From Methyloglobulus sp. (lineage in GTDB: Bacteria > Pseudomonadota > Gammaproteobacteria > Methylococcales > Methylomonadaceae): DNA of 63,770 bases. Shown one piece after another: positions 31,231-42,485 of the stretch (positions are counted from its first letter, which is position 1; each line of letters opens with the position of its first letter). A program made the translations under genes and the position numbers. The stretch is taken from assembly GCF_046714055.1 (NCBI RefSeq), contig NZ_JBKKBJ010000273.1, forward strand, positions 1 to 63,770, given 5' to 3'. The notes beneath the pieces were generated by a model. It searched no databases. It was given only the letters and a program-made list of their open reading frames with translations, and was not told the origin of the DNA.

Positions 31231-32118
31231 ATGAAATGGTTGGCGGCTTACATCATGCGTGGCAGGTTGGAAGCAATGCTTCTGGCTTCGACGCTGGCGA
31301 TGTTGTCGCTGATGTTAGCGCCATTAAGTGTGTTGAGTTCAGGGGCCGTGGCTTTAGTGACACTCAGGAAGGGCGCTTACGAAGGACTGATTGTCTTCGC
31401 CAGTTCCAGCCTAGCGGCTGCTGTGCTGGCTACATTAATACAGGTTCCTTACACGTTTATCCTGCTCTATGTGCTTGTCCTGTGGTTACCGATATGGTTA
31501 ATCGCAATTGTCCTCAGGGAAGGGCGGCACATTTCGCTTACCGTTGAAATTGCAGTCCTGATAGGTGTTGTGGGCGTTATTGGCTACTATCTCTTCAATG
31601 CAGATCCTGCGGCGATGTGGAAGCAAGTCATGCCAAGAATGGTGCCACCCAACGCACCTGTTGAGAATGTCAAGCAGATGATAGACCTTATAGCGCCTTA
31701 TATGACCGGGATAGCGGCTGCCGGGGCGGTGTTCAGCATGTTGCTAGGCTTGTTCCTGGGACGTTGGTGGCAAGCTATGCTCTTTAATCCTGGAGGATTC
31801 AGGCAAGAGTTTTTGGGATTAAAGGTGCAGCCAAGGCTGGCTGTGATTAGCATTGCGACTATTGGTATTGCCATTGCCAGTTCTGGAGTAGTGTCCCAAA
31901 TAGCCTGGAATACGACCATTTTAATGTTTGTGCTTTATACCTTCATTGGCACTGCAGTGTTGCACACGGTGTTTTCCAGGATGAAGATAGGCAAATATGC
32001 GGTGCCAATGTTTTACATTACATTGTTTTTTATACCCCATAGTCTATTGCCCGTTGCTTTAGTCGGGCTCAGCGACACATGGCTAGATATACGAAAGAGA
32101 ACTTTGAATCAAACTTGA
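31231..32118 (+). CDS. DUF2232-type membrane protein
   Basis: LAAYIMRGR and LGRWWQAMLFNPGGFRQEF; usual position between rpsR and rplI. Confidence 0.85.
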   Translation: MKWLAAYIMRGRLEAMLLASTLAMLSLMLAPLSVLSSGAVALVTLRKGAYEGLIVFASSSLAAAVLATLIQVPYTFILLYVLVLWLPIWLIAIVLREGRHISLTVEIAVLIGVVGVIGYYLFNADPAAMWKQVMPRMVPPNAPVENVKQMIDLIAPYMTGIAAAGAVFSMLLGLFLGRWWQAMLFNPGGFRQEFLGLKVQPRLAVISIATIGIAIASSGVVSQIAWNTTILMFVLYTFIGTAVLHTVFSRMKIGKYAVPMFYITLFFIPHSLLPVALVGLSDTWLDIRKRTLNQT

Positions 32119-32166
32119 ATGCCTGATGGCACAATAATCGGTCAACAACCGAGAGGTGATATAAAA

Positions 32167-32616
32167 ATGGAAGTCATTCTTCTTGAAAAGATAGCAAGCC
32201 TGGGTAATCTGGGTGATAAGGTCAGCATTAAGGCCGGTTATGGCAGGAATTACCTTGTGCCACAAGGTAAGGCTGTTCCTGCAACCGCCAAAAAAATAGC
32301 TGAATTTGAAACTCGGCGTGCTGAGCTTGAAAAAGCGGCTGGTGAAAAATTGAGCGCCGCGCAAGCACTTGCAGAAAAATTGGGCAAACTGGAAATCGTC
32401 ATAGCGCACAAAGCGGGCGATGAAGGACGGCTGTTCGGTTCAGTTGGCATCCATAATATTGCCGAAGCCATTATAAAAGCGGGCGGTGTGGTTGAAAAAC
32501 AGCAAATACGCTTGCCCCATGGCACCATCAGGCACATCGGCGATCATGATATTGATATTAATTTGCATTTTGACGTTACCGTAACGATGTCGATCAAGGT
32601 CACTGCTGAAGCCTAA
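32167..32616 (+). CDS. rplI: 50S ribosomal protein L9
   Basis: MEVILLEK...GYGRNYLVPQGKA...GRLFGSV. Confidence 0.99.
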   Translation: MEVILLEKIASLGNLGDKVSIKAGYGRNYLVPQGKAVPATAKKIAEFETRRAELEKAAGEKLSAAQALAEKLGKLEIVIAHKAGDEGRLFGSVGIHNIAEAIIKAGGVVEKQQIRLPHGTIRHIGDHDIDINLHFDVTVTMSIKVTAEA

Positions 32617-32648
32617 CGGATAATTTAGGGTCAATATCCTGATAGTGG

Positions 32649-32922
32649 ATGTCTGTGCATTGTCAGCAGTCATTCGATAGTCTTCCCAATCTTGGCCTAA
32701 AGTCGCAGGAAATTTTAACTGCTGTCGAATTACCTCGATCGGGCAACTGCGAAACTTTGGCTCAATTACGGCCTATGTTCAGGCGAAGCGTTCAGGAGCT
32801 AGCGCTAGCCTGAACCTATTGTGGGCTTTGGAAGCGGCGCTTACAGGATTGGGCAAGATGTGGCCCGTCACCATCGTACCGCCCTATTATTGGCCTTGGA
32901 AGAATACGAAAACTGGGGTTGA
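32649..32922 (+). pseudogene. TfoX C-terminal-domain protein with two frameshifts
   Basis: LPNLGLKSQEIL / ITSIGQLRNFGSITAYVQAKRSGASASLNLLWALEAALTG / QDVARHHRTALLLALEE; shifts near 32727 and 32852. Confidence 0.8.
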
Positions 32923-33166
32923 TTCTATATCCCCGTTTAAGTTAAACAAGAAGGAATAAGTGAAATTCAATGAGTTTTGATGGTTGTTTATATCTTGATA
33001 CTCATGGCCAGCGAACTTCAAGCGCCCTTCCAACAGCTTATCCATAAGCGAAGGCATTGGAAGATATGACTAATCGGAACATGGCGGATTTAGACAGTCT
33101 GTTTGTGCTTGCGGTTAATGGAACCGACTGTCTAAATTCCTGCCTTGCGCCTAAGCTCAAAGTCTA

Positions 33167-34480
33167 ATGAGAACTTTTTATTCGGCTGTTTTTTACCTCC
33201 TCGTTCCCCTTATTCTTCTCCGCTTGCTTTGGCGAAGCATCAAGTCGCCAGACCACCGCCAAAGATGGCGCGAACGTTTTGCTTGCTACGATGCTTGCTC
33301 TGATAAAAAGTTCCCCCAAGGTGTCCTCTGGTTTCATGCGGTTTCCGTCGGTGAGGCGGAGGCTTTATTCCCATTGGTTCGCCAGTTACAGAGGCAGTTC
33401 CCTCAAGCAAAATGTTTAATAACCACAATGACACCGACCGGATCAGCCCGTGTCCGGGCTGTGCTGGGGCAAACGGTTGAACATGTTTATCTGCCTTATG
33501 ATACGCCCGGTGCGGTCAGGCGTTTTATGCTATGTTTCAAGCCGGTGCTTGCGGTCATTGTGGAAACGGAACTCTGGCCCAACTTGTTTGCACACTGTGG
33601 CGAAAATAACATTCCTTTATATCTCATTAATGCCAGATTATCTGAAAAATCATGTGGTTATCAAATAATTCCCTCACTGATCCATCCGGTTCTCACACAC
33701 GTAAAGCGGATTGCCGCCCAAACCCAAGAAGATGCCGAACGGTTTATTGCCATTGGCGCAAAACCCGATCAGGTTGTTACAGTAGGCAATATAAAATTCG
33801 ATATCGAAATACCTGAAGACATGGTAAAAGAAGGAAAACGGCTAAAGACAAACGCCTTTAATGATCGCTTTGTTTGGCTGACAGCCAGCACCCACAGGGG
33901 GGAAGAACAGATTTTTTTGGATGCCTACAAGGAACTTAAACTGAAAATCCCAGAATTATTATTGTTGGTCGTACCCAGGCATCGCGAACGTTTTGCCGAA
34001 GTTGGCAGGTTGTGCGAAAAGAATAATGTGGCCGTTGTTATGCGTACATCAAAGAAACCGTGCAATCTGGATACCGATGTTTATCTTGCCGATACTATGG
34101 GTGAATTAAAGATGCTTTATGCAGCGGCAGATATCGCTTTTGTGGGGGGCAGTATGGTACCTGTCGGTGGACATAATCTATTGGAAGCCTCTGCAATAGG
34201 AGCGCCTGTGTTGTTTGGCCCTTATATGGCTAATTTTAAAGAAATAGCCCAAAAAGTGTTGACCCATAATGCGGCTATACAATGCCATAACAAAGAAGCC
34301 CTTGTCCAGGCAATACTGTCTGTGTATTCGGATAGCGGCTATCGAAACCTGCTTGCTGAACATGGCAAGCTGTTTGTGCAAATGAACCGTGGAGTTATTG
34401 GAAAACTTTGCGAGATGCTTGCTGAGGAATTAAAGCAGCACAATCACAAAATTTCGATTGATTTTGATATGCTACCGTAA
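33167..34480 (+). CDS. waaA: Kdo transferase
   Basis: WFHAVSVGE, ETELWPN, GNIKFD, PRH and GGHNLLE motifs. Confidence 0.97.
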   Translation: MRTFYSAVFYLLVPLILLRLLWRSIKSPDHRQRWRERFACYDACSDKKFPQGVLWFHAVSVGEAEALFPLVRQLQRQFPQAKCLITTMTPTGSARVRAVLGQTVEHVYLPYDTPGAVRRFMLCFKPVLAVIVETELWPNLFAHCGENNIPLYLINARLSEKSCGYQIIPSLIHPVLTHVKRIAAQTQEDAERFIAIGAKPDQVVTVGNIKFDIEIPEDMVKEGKRLKTNAFNDRFVWLTASTHRGEEQIFLDAYKELKLKIPELLLLVVPRHRERFAEVGRLCEKNNVAVVMRTSKKPCNLDTDVYLADTMGELKMLYAAADIAFVGGSMVPVGGHNLLEASAIGAPVLFGPYMANFKEIAQKVLTHNAAIQCHNKEALVQAILSVYSDSGYRNLLAEHGKLFVQMNRGVIGKLCEMLAEELKQHNHKISIDFDMLP

Positions 34481-34515
34481 CCCGATAAATTTTGGCTTTG
34501 AGTGAATCTTGGCGG

Positions 34516-35076
34516 TTAATGTGTCAAAATTTCCGGAAGGAAAAATTCACTCACCAACATGGGTCGTTCCCGGATAGCATACAGGGTTCTTCGTCCCCAG
34601 GTGGGCTGGTCTATATTAGCCTTCCGCTGCGCTTGTGATGTCCAAGTGGCCGGTGCTATCAAGGCCAAATCCATCGTAATCCGCTCCAGGTCAGGATAAG
34701 AAAAAATCACTTCGCCTAGCGGACGGTTGCCCAAATCGGACAGGTTGCGGTGGGCAACTTTGATCGTTTCTTCTGGAATTATGGTTCTCGCCAGGAGTAA
34801 AGGTTTGCCGTTTTTATGCAATATCACCTCGCGGGTCAGGCCATATCTGTGCAGGGGCAATTGAAGTTGTCTGCATTCACTTAAAAACGGTGTGCGCCAC
34901 TGGTGGAAAAGAATGGACACAGCAATCGTGTTACCGTAATAATCGCGTAGCCGTCGGGTAAGCGAGCCCGCTTCGTAAGTCCATGACTGGACGTTCTCAG
35001 GGAGATGATGCTGGCTTCCTCGCCTATGTCCATGCCACACAGGTTCACGAATAAATAAAAAACTCTTGCTAGTCAA
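34516..35076 (-). CDS. ubiC: chorismate pyruvate-lyase
   Basis: GSLTRRL, REVIL, LGNRPLGE, WGRRT and LVSEFFLP motifs; TTG 35076 probable start. Confidence 0.92.
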   Translation of the reverse strand: MTSKSFLFIREPVWHGHRRGSQHHLPENVQSWTYEAGSLTRRLRDYYGNTIAVSILFHQWRTPFLSECRQLQLPLHRYGLTREVILHKNGKPLLLARTIIPEETIKVAHRNLSDLGNRPLGEVIFSYPDLERITMDLALIAPATWTSQAQRKANIDQPTWGRRTLYAIRERPMLVSEFFLPEILTH

Positions 35077-35084
35077 TGGAGAAA

Positions 35085-37175
35085 TCAAACCTCGGAATAA
35101 TCTGGACTGTGGCCTAACCATCGGCCTATTAACGGCGCTACGGTTTCTGGTGCGTCGGCGAAAAAGGAATCGGCAACGATTGGGATATTATCCAGTAATT
35201 CCGCGTCCCTGACCAAATCGGCGATTTTGAAATTGATTTGCCCAGTCTGGCGGATACCCATGACTTCACCAGGGCCGCGTAATTGTAAATCCTTTTCGGC
35301 AATCAAAAAGCCGTCCTGACTATCCCTCAATATACCTAAGCGCTGGCGGGCATTTTCGGATAAGGGTGATTGGTACATGAGCAGACAAAAACTATCATCA
35401 GCGCTGCGTCCAACGCGGCCTCTTAATTGATGCAGTTGGGAAAGCCCAAGCCGTTCAGGGTTTTCTATAATCATCAAACTGGCATTCGGTACATCAACGC
35501 CCACTTCTATAACGGTGGTGGCGACCAGTAGGTCAATGTGATGATTTTTAAAAGCTGTCATAATTGTGTCTTTATCGGCGGCTTTCAGCCGTCCATGTAA
35601 TAGCGCTACACGTACATTGGGCAAGGCTACTGCTAGCCGTCCTGCCGTTTTTTCGGCGGCTTCACACTGGAGAATTTCCGACTCCTCGATCAGCGTACAA
35701 ACCCAATAGGCCTGTTTTTTATTGTCGACCCAACTGTCGATCCGGGCTATGACATCGTTGCGCCGTTCGCCGGGGATTACGCTGGTAGTGACGGGCTTCC
35801 TGCCCGGCGGTAACTGGTCAATAATGGATATGTCCAGATCGGAATACTGCAACATCGCCAAGGTGCGCGGAATGGGCGTAGCGGTCATGACCAGTTGATG
35901 TGGCCTTATGCTTCCTTGCTGGCCTTTTGCCCGTAAAGCCAGCCTTTGATGGACACCAAAACGGTGCTGTTCGTCAATGATGATTAAGCCGAGACGATGA
36001 AAGTTGACCTCGTCCTGGAATAAAGCATGTGTGCCAATCACAATACCTGCCGAGCCGTCTGCCAGCGTTTGTAAAACCTCTTTGCGTGGACTGCCTTTTT
36101 TGTGCCCGGTGAGTAAGGCGATTTGGGTAGCAAAATTTCTGAACCATCCGCTAAAGTTGCGGTAATGCTGCTCTGCCAATAACTCTGTCGGCGCCATGAT
36201 AGCCACTTGGTAATCCGCGCCCAATGCAAGTAAGGCGGCGTATGCGGCGACTATCGTTTTACCGGAGCCGACGTCCCCCTGTACCAAGCGCATCATGGGG
36301 TGAGGTTGACGGCAATCTGCCGCTATTTCCGTCATGACCCTTAACTGCGCTTCAGTCAATTTGAAGGGTAATGTTGCAATAAATGGCTCAGTAAAGGTAG
36401 ACGTGGTGGAAAAATAAGGTGCTTGCCAGGCTTTGGCCTTATGTTTGGCCAGTTTGAGACTTAGATGGTGGGCTAACAGTTCTTCGAATGCCAGCCGTTT
36501 AAGGGCTGGGACACTGCCGTTTTGCAGTGCTTCGATTGTGATTGCTGTATCCGGCGCATGTAAGATTTTTATCGCTTCCGCTAAAGACGGGTATTGGTAT
36601 TGCTTAAGGACAGCATCTGGAAGCCAGTCCCTTAAGGCTAGGGAGTCGTTATTAAAAATGGTTAGCGCCTGCTTTACAGCTTTCCTGACGGTATTTTGGT
36701 TAAGCCCCTCTGTCAGTGGGTACACGGGCGTTAAATGGGATTCAGTGATCGCCGCATCAAAATCGGAAATGACCGTGTATTCAGGATGGACTATTTCCAG
36801 TCCGGCATAACCATACCGGACTTCTCCAAAGCAACTGAGTATTGCCCCTGGTTTCAGCATATTGTGCTGACGGGACGTAAAATGAAAAAATCGTAAGTCG
36901 ATAAATCCCGTACCATCGCTAATCCGGCAGATCAGGCTTTTGCGGCCTCTAGGCAATACGTCTATGAATTCAACCTTGCCGCTGATGAGCGCCGTCATTC
37001 CCGCTGAAAGCCTTGCAATCCGGTGAATACGGGTTTTGTCTTCGTAACGGATGGGCAGGTGAAAGAGCAAATCCTGGATAATTCGGATGCCAAGCTTTTC
37101 GAGGTTAGCCGCCGTTCTGCCACCTATTCCAGTGAGGGACTTGACGGGTTGCCTTAGGATGTTCGGCTTGTTCAT
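35085..37175 (-). CDS. recG: ATP-dependent DNA helicase RecG
   Basis: QGDVGSGKT, DEQHRFG, TATPIPR and QLRGRVGR motifs. Confidence 0.99.
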   Translation of the reverse strand: MNKPNILRQPVKSLTGIGGRTAANLEKLGIRIIQDLLFHLPIRYEDKTRIHRIARLSAGMTALISGKVEFIDVLPRGRKSLICRISDGTGFIDLRFFHFTSRQHNMLKPGAILSCFGEVRYGYAGLEIVHPEYTVISDFDAAITESHLTPVYPLTEGLNQNTVRKAVKQALTIFNNDSLALRDWLPDAVLKQYQYPSLAEAIKILHAPDTAITIEALQNGSVPALKRLAFEELLAHHLSLKLAKHKAKAWQAPYFSTTSTFTEPFIATLPFKLTEAQLRVMTEIAADCRQPHPMMRLVQGDVGSGKTIVAAYAALLALGADYQVAIMAPTELLAEQHYRNFSGWFRNFATQIALLTGHKKGSPRKEVLQTLADGSAGIVIGTHALFQDEVNFHRLGLIIIDEQHRFGVHQRLALRAKGQQGSIRPHQLVMTATPIPRTLAMLQYSDLDISIIDQLPPGRKPVTTSVIPGERRNDVIARIDSWVDNKKQAYWVCTLIEESEILQCEAAEKTAGRLAVALPNVRVALLHGRLKAADKDTIMTAFKNHHIDLLVATTVIEVGVDVPNASLMIIENPERLGLSQLHQLRGRVGRSADDSFCLLMYQSPLSENARQRLGILRDSQDGFLIAEKDLQLRGPGEVMGIRQTGQINFKIADLVRDAELLDNIPIVADSFFADAPETVAPLIGRWLGHSPDYSEV

Positions 37176-37227
37176 GATCGACTATCCGAGTGCAACGGGT
37201 GTAACAGCGAAAATGGAAATTCCTGGA

Positions 37228-37629
37228 TCAGATAGGGTAATCCTGTGGGCTGATCACCATAATCGCATCCATTTCCACCTGTGCAGCTTTGGGCAAAGCG
37301 GCAACCCCAACGGCGGCGCGGGCGGGATAAGGTTCTTGAAAATAGCGTCCCATAATTTCATTGACGATGGGAAAATGTGATAAATCTACCAGAAAAACAT
37401 TGAGTTTTACAATATCGGAAAGGCTGCCACCGGCTGCTTCTGCAACTGCTTTTAAGTTGTTGAACACCTGAATAATTTGCGCGGAAATATCACCCTCGAC
37501 CAGTTGCATCGTTTCAGGGACTAAGGGAATTTGTCCGGACAGATAGACCGTATGGTTGACTTTAACGGCTTGTGAATACGTGCCTATGGCTTGTGGGGCT
37601 AGCTCAGTATTGATGATTTCTTTGGTCAT
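37228..37629 (-). CDS. RidA family enamine/imine deaminase
   Basis: [17 protein letters not shown] and PARAAVGV motifs. Confidence 0.95.
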   Translation of the reverse strand: MTKEIINTELAPQAIGTYSQAVKVNHTVYLSGQIPLVPETMQLVEGDISAQIIQVFNNLKAVAEAAGGSLSDIVKLNVFLVDLSHFPIVNEIMGRYFQEPYPARAAVGVAALPKAAQVEMDAIMVISPQDYPI

Positions 37630-37685
37630 TTTCGCGTGATGATAGCTGGAAACCCTGCCTAAACGGTGCTAAGAAGGAATTGGTT

Positions 37686-39854
37686 TTAGGCTTTTACCCT
37701 GGTAATTTTTATGACTATCGACAACTCTTTAAGCCGCCGCATAATTTTGGCCAGATGAACACGGTCTTTTACGCTAACGGTGATTAAGTCGACGCAGATG
37801 CGGGAATCTTGTTCGATCACTGTGACATTTTCAATATTGGAATTAAGTTCTGAGATCGTCGAGGCGACAGTTGCTAGCGATCCTCGCTGATTGAGCACCT
37901 CAAGCCTAAGTTCAGCCGGAAATTCGCCTGATGCATCTTGACTCCACTCAACGTCCAACCAGCTGGTTTGTTTCTTTCTGACATCATTGATGTTCCGGCA
38001 TTCATGATGATGCACGACGATGCCTTTACCGGGATTAAAAAACCCAATGATAGAATCGCCGGGTATGGGCCTGCAACACTTTGCCAGGGTTATCACCATC
38101 CCCTCTGTCCCTTTGATAACTAGTGGTGTTTTGTGGGCTTGTTCATTATCTTCGAGCCTTATAGCCGCGTGTATATCATTCTGGGTAAGCTGCTTGGCAA
38201 TCAGGAATGGCATCCTATTGCCCAAGCCAATATCTTCAAGTAACTCATCCAGCGTTTGTTTGCCGGTCACTTCAAGTAGGGACTTCATTCGGGATTTGTC
38301 TATATTGTCGAGTTGCAAGTGCATGGCTTGCAATTCCTTGTCCAATAGGCGGCGACCCAAACTGATGGCCTCTTGCTGCTTGAAGTTTTTCAAATAATTA
38401 CGAATGCCGGAACGCGCCTTGGCGGTGGTGACATAATTGAGCCAGAGTGGATTGGGCCGCGCCCAGATTGCTGTAATGACTTCAACTGTAACGCCGTTTT
38501 CAAGCCGAGTTTGCAAAGGCACCAGTTTCCGGTCAACCCGGGCGGAAACGCAGGCATTGCCAATATCGGTATGTACGGCATAGGCAAAATCAATAATAGT
38601 GGCTCCCCTGGGCATTTTGATAATCTTGCCTTTCGGGGTAAAAACGAAAACTTCTTGAGGGAAAAGATCTATCTTTAAATTATCGAAAAACTCCAGGGAA
38701 TCTCCCGCTGTTTGCTGGATTTCCAATAAATCCCGCAACCATTCGTTGGCACGATCTTGAAACTTATCCTTTTTGTCATCATCAGATTTGTAAAGCCAGT
38801 GGGCTGCTATGCCAGATTCGGCCATCCGGTGCATTTCGTGCGTCCTTACCTGAATCTCTATTGGAAAGCCATAAGGGCCAATGAGCACAGTATGTAAAGA
38901 CTGGTAACCGTTTTCCTTAGGTAAGGCGATGTAATCTTTGAAACGTCCCGGTATCGGTTTATATAAATTGTGGACGATACCCAGAACGCGGTAGCAATCA
39001 TCAACGCTGTTACAGAAAATTCGGAATGCATACACATCAAAGACATCGTTCAGGGAGACTTTTTTTTGCAGCATTTTTAGATAGATACTGTAGAGGTTTT
39101 TTTCCCGCCCCGAAACATCACAGGCCATATTGGCTTGACTAATGCGGTTTTTGAGGGTGCTTTCGATAACGTCGATAATTTTGCGGCGGTTACCCCTGGC
39201 TTTTTTTAAGGCATTATCCAAAATAGCGTAACGCCGTGGATACATGGCCTGGAAACACAGCGACTCAAGCTTATGCCGGATGCTGTTCATGCCCAGCCTA
39301 TTGGCAATCGGGGCGTAGATATCCAGTGTTTCACGGGCGATACGGCGCTTAGTCTCAGCAGGCATGGCGCCCAAGGTTTGCATGTTATGCAGCCGATCAG
39401 CGAGTTTGACCATGATGACACGCAGATCCTTGCCCATCGCCAGGAACATTTTACGGACATTTTCGGCTTGGGTTTCGGCATGCGATTTGCTGTCGATTTT
39501 GGTTAGCTTGGTTACGCCGTCAACCAGTTCAGAAACTTCAGGGTTGAAGGTCTTGGCCAGTTCTTGCTTGTCAACCCCAGTGTCTTCTATGACATCATGC
39601 AGTATGGCGGCCATAATGCAGTTGGCATCCATGCGCATTTCGGCAAGGCTGATGGCAACCGCAACGGGATGGCAGATATAGGCTTCGCCACTTTTACGGA
39701 ATTGGCCTGAATGCGCCCTGGCGCCGAACTCATAGGCCCGGACACAATCGTCGATTTGTGCCTTATCCAGATAGCCGGACAATGCCGAACACAAACGCCT
39801 TATCAGCTTATCCTGAGGGCGTTCAAGCTCGATACTGTCAGCGACTTCTAACAT
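37686..39854 (-). CDS. spoT: bifunctional (p)ppGpp synthetase/hydrolase
   Basis: RKSGEAYICHP, LHDVIED, KDYIALPK and YQSLHT motifs, TGS/ACT domains; downstream of rpoZ. Confidence 0.97.
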   Translation of the reverse strand: MLEVADSIELERPQDKLIRRLCSALSGYLDKAQIDDCVRAYEFGARAHSGQFRKSGEAYICHPVAVAISLAEMRMDANCIMAAILHDVIEDTGVDKQELAKTFNPEVSELVDGVTKLTKIDSKSHAETQAENVRKMFLAMGKDLRVIMVKLADRLHNMQTLGAMPAETKRRIARETLDIYAPIANRLGMNSIRHKLESLCFQAMYPRRYAILDNALKKARGNRRKIIDVIESTLKNRISQANMACDVSGREKNLYSIYLKMLQKKVSLNDVFDVYAFRIFCNSVDDCYRVLGIVHNLYKPIPGRFKDYIALPKENGYQSLHTVLIGPYGFPIEIQVRTHEMHRMAESGIAAHWLYKSDDDKKDKFQDRANEWLRDLLEIQQTAGDSLEFFDNLKIDLFPQEVFVFTPKGKIIKMPRGATIIDFAYAVHTDIGNACVSARVDRKLVPLQTRLENGVTVEVITAIWARPNPLWLNYVTTAKARSGIRNYLKNFKQQEAISLGRRLLDKELQAMHLQLDNIDKSRMKSLLEVTGKQTLDELLEDIGLGNRMPFLIAKQLTQNDIHAAIRLEDNEQAHKTPLVIKGTEGMVITLAKCCRPIPGDSIIGFFNPGKGIVVHHHECRNINDVRKKQTSWLDVEWSQDASGEFPAELRLEVLNQRGSLATVASTISELNSNIENVTVIEQDSRICVDLITVSVKDRVHLAKIMRRLKELSIVIKITRVKA

Positions 39855-39863
39855 ACCTTACAT

Positions 39864-40103
39864 TCAAAACATCAGGTTCTGCTCATGCACTTCAACGGTG
39901 CGGTGCAGCTGGTTTATGTTCTCTGTGGTGACATGGCCTTCTGCTATCTCACGCAGGGCGAGTACGGTATCCTTATCATTGTTGCGCGGCACAAACTCTG
40001 TGGCTCCATGGCTGAGCTGGCGTGCCCTGGTGCCTGCCAGTAAAACCAGTTTAAAGCGGTTTTCTACATGTTCTAAACAATCTTCTATAGTGACTCTAGC
40101 CAT
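39864..40103 (-). CDS. rpoZ: RNA polymerase omega subunit
   Basis: [10 protein letters not shown]...NRFKLVL...ALREIAEG. Confidence 0.98.
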   Translation of the reverse strand: MARVTIEDCLEHVENRFKLVLLAGTRARQLSHGATEFVPRNNDKDTVLALREIAEGHVTTENINQLHRTVEVHEQNLMF

Positions 40104-40246
40104 TTTAGCTCCTTTGTAGTTATGTTTCATCAGACCACACTGAAAGACAGTTGGTTCTATTTTAATAGGTGTATCATTAAATCAAATAAAAAACAATAAG
40201 TTGTTAGTTTAAACTTTAAATTAAAATAATAATATTTTGATTTAGG

Positions 40247-40354
40247 GTAACTATTCAGCGTATTTCAATGCAACGGATTTATTCGCTATAGAGGACACGA
40301 AGGTATAAGGTCAAGCCTGCCGTTTTGTACCTTTCGCCTGTGGTGAACAGTTAC
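40247..40354. mobile_element. small MITE-like element
   Basis: Ends GTAACTATTCA / TGAACAGTTAC (10/11 complementary) around a degenerate GACACGAAGG-type repeat. Confidence 0.5.
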
Positions 40355-40385
40355 ATTTTTTGCGGATAAATTACGGTTTATATTA

Positions 40386-41558
40386 TCAACCTCTTGATTT
40401 TAATATGGCAACAGCAGGCAGTTCCTTGCCTTCAAGAAATTCCAGGAATGCCCCGCCTCCTGTCGAGGTATAAGACACCTTATCGTTAATTTCATACTTG
40501 TCTATTGCCGCCAGTGTGTCTCCTCCGCCCGCTATTGAAAATGCAGGGCTTTCGGCAATGGCAGTAGCCAGTGATTTTGTGCCGTTGCCGAATTGGTCTA
40601 TTTCAAAAACGCCTACTGGGCCGTTCCAGACTATCGTACCGGCAGATTTCAGGATTTCGGCATAGCGCTTAGCTGTATCCGGGCCTATGTCAAGAATCAG
40701 GTCATCTCCTTCAACGTCAGCCACTTTTTTGACGGTTGCCACCGCACTGTCCGAGAACTCTTTTGCACAAACAACATCGGTAGGGATAGGGATATCTGAA
40801 CCTGCGCTTTTTGCGGCCGCTATAAGTTGCTTGGCTTCTTCGATTAAATCGGGTTCGTAAAGCGATTTTCCTACAGGAAACCCCATTGCAGCAATAAACG
40901 TATTGGCAATGCCGCCGCCGACGATGAGTTGATTGACCTTTTCAGACAATGATTTGAGGACAGTCAATTTGGTGCTGACCTTGGAACCGCCGACAATCGC
41001 AACAAGAGGTTTGGCGGGTGTTTCCAATGCCTTGCCTAAAGCATCGAGTTCGCTGGCCAGTAAGGGGCCCGCGCACACGACCGGGGCAAACTTTGCGACG
41101 CTATGTGTTGATGCCTGCGCCCGGTGTGCCGTGCCAAAAGCATCCATCACGAACACGTCACACAAAGCGGCTATTTTTTTGCCTAAATCGTCGCTGTTTT
41201 TTTCTTCGCCTGCATTAAAACGTACGTTTTCGCATAACACGATTTCACCCGGATCGACAGCGATGCCGTCCAACCAGTTGCGTTCGAGCCGAACGGGTTT
41301 ACCCAATAAGCTTGAGAGGCGTTCAGCGACCGGTTTTAACGAAGACCCTTCGTCATATTGGCCCTCAACAGGGCGTCCCAGATGGGACAGCAGCATAACC
41401 GCCGCTCCTGCCGCCAAGGCTTTTTCAATGGTCGGTACACTGGCTTGAATACGTATATCGCTGGTGACTTTGCCATTTTTAATGGGTACATTCAGATCCT
41501 GGCGGATTAATACCCGCTTTCCGGCCAAATCCAGGTCAACCATTCGTTTAATCGACAT
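40386..41558 (-). CDS. pgk: phosphoglycerate kinase
   Basis: [25 protein letters not shown] and STGGGA motifs. Confidence 0.99.
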   Translation of the reverse strand: MSIKRMVDLDLAGKRVLIRQDLNVPIKNGKVTSDIRIQASVPTIEKALAAGAAVMLLSHLGRPVEGQYDEGSSLKPVAERLSSLLGKPVRLERNWLDGIAVDPGEIVLCENVRFNAGEEKNSDDLGKKIAALCDVFVMDAFGTAHRAQASTHSVAKFAPVVCAGPLLASELDALGKALETPAKPLVAIVGGSKVSTKLTVLKSLSEKVNQLIVGGGIANTFIAAMGFPVGKSLYEPDLIEEAKQLIAAAKSAGSDIPIPTDVVCAKEFSDSAVATVKKVADVEGDDLILDIGPDTAKRYAEILKSAGTIVWNGPVGVFEIDQFGNGTKSLATAIAESPAFSIAGGGDTLAAIDKYEINDKVSYTSTGGGAFLEFLEGKELPAVAILKSRG

Positions 41559-41583
41559 ATTTCTTTCTCTCGGTTTTGTGTGG

Positions 41584-42159
41584 TTATAATGTTTCGCCAG
41601 TTTGATCCTGCTTCCATTTGATGGAGCAGCCTATGCTGGAAAGCTGTTCTGCGGGGCCATGACCGGTATTTGCCACCCGTTTCATGGCTTCATATAAATC
41701 ACGCCGGGTGTCATCGGGTGCGGTGTCTTTACGGCTGGCATCCAGGCGACCACGGTATTGCAATTCAAAATCTGTGTTATACCCGAAGAAATCCGGCGTA
41801 CAGACGGCTCCGTAGGCTTTAGCTATCTCTTGTGTTTCATCAATCAGATAAGGGAAGGGATAGTTATATTCCTCGGCGATTTTCTGCATATTCTCATACG
41901 AATCGTCCGGGTAGTTGACCGTATCATTGGACATGATGGCAACGGATTCAATGCCACAGCCTTTCAGGTCGTGGGCATCCCTTAGGATACGGGCATGGAC
42001 GGCCTTGACATAAGGACAGTGATTACAAATAAACATGACCAATAATCCGTTCCTGCCCATACATTCCTGTAAAGTCCAGATTTTTCCGTCAACGCCAAGC
42101 AGTTTGAAATCAGGCGCTTTCGCGCCAAAATCGCAGACAGGGGGTTCAAGTGATACCAT
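41584..42159 (-). CDS. thioredoxin/AhpC-TSA family protein
   Basis: [21 protein letters not shown] and GCSIKW motifs. Confidence 0.92.
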   Translation of the reverse strand: MVSLEPPVCDFGAKAPDFKLLGVDGKIWTLQECMGRNGLLVMFICNHCPYVKAVHARILRDAHDLKGCGIESVAIMSNDTVNYPDDSYENMQKIAEEYNYPFPYLIDETQEIAKAYGAVCTPDFFGYNTDFELQYRGRLDASRKDTAPDDTRRDLYEAMKRVANTGHGPAEQLSSIGCSIKWKQDQTGETL

Positions 42160-42485
42160 GGTCTTTCCTCATTAGTGTTTTAATAATTAATGCAAATCAA
42201 GCCTGTTGCAATACATATTAACAGGCGTTACAGTAGAATTAAATGGAAGATGGATGTAGTTTTTTGCCGTGCGCTAGAATCAGGGTTCCATGCATGCAAA
42301 GTTAACCGTATTTCTGCTGGCTTTAAATCGTACATTTTCTTTATAATAGCCCCTGATGGGACGCGGTAACAGAAAATATCACAAAACTTCTTTCCATACC
42401 GTGTTATAGGCTATTTATCCTACTCCAACCTGTCGTAAAGCCATAAATCAAATAAGCCTGACCCTGGTGATTCTAACTCATATTC

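Noticed and set aside
32681-32858. Apparent multi-stem ncRNA (6S- or retron-like) after rplI
   Set aside because: Better explained as the frameshifted TfoX-C coding remnant; no 6S features and no reverse transcriptase nearby.
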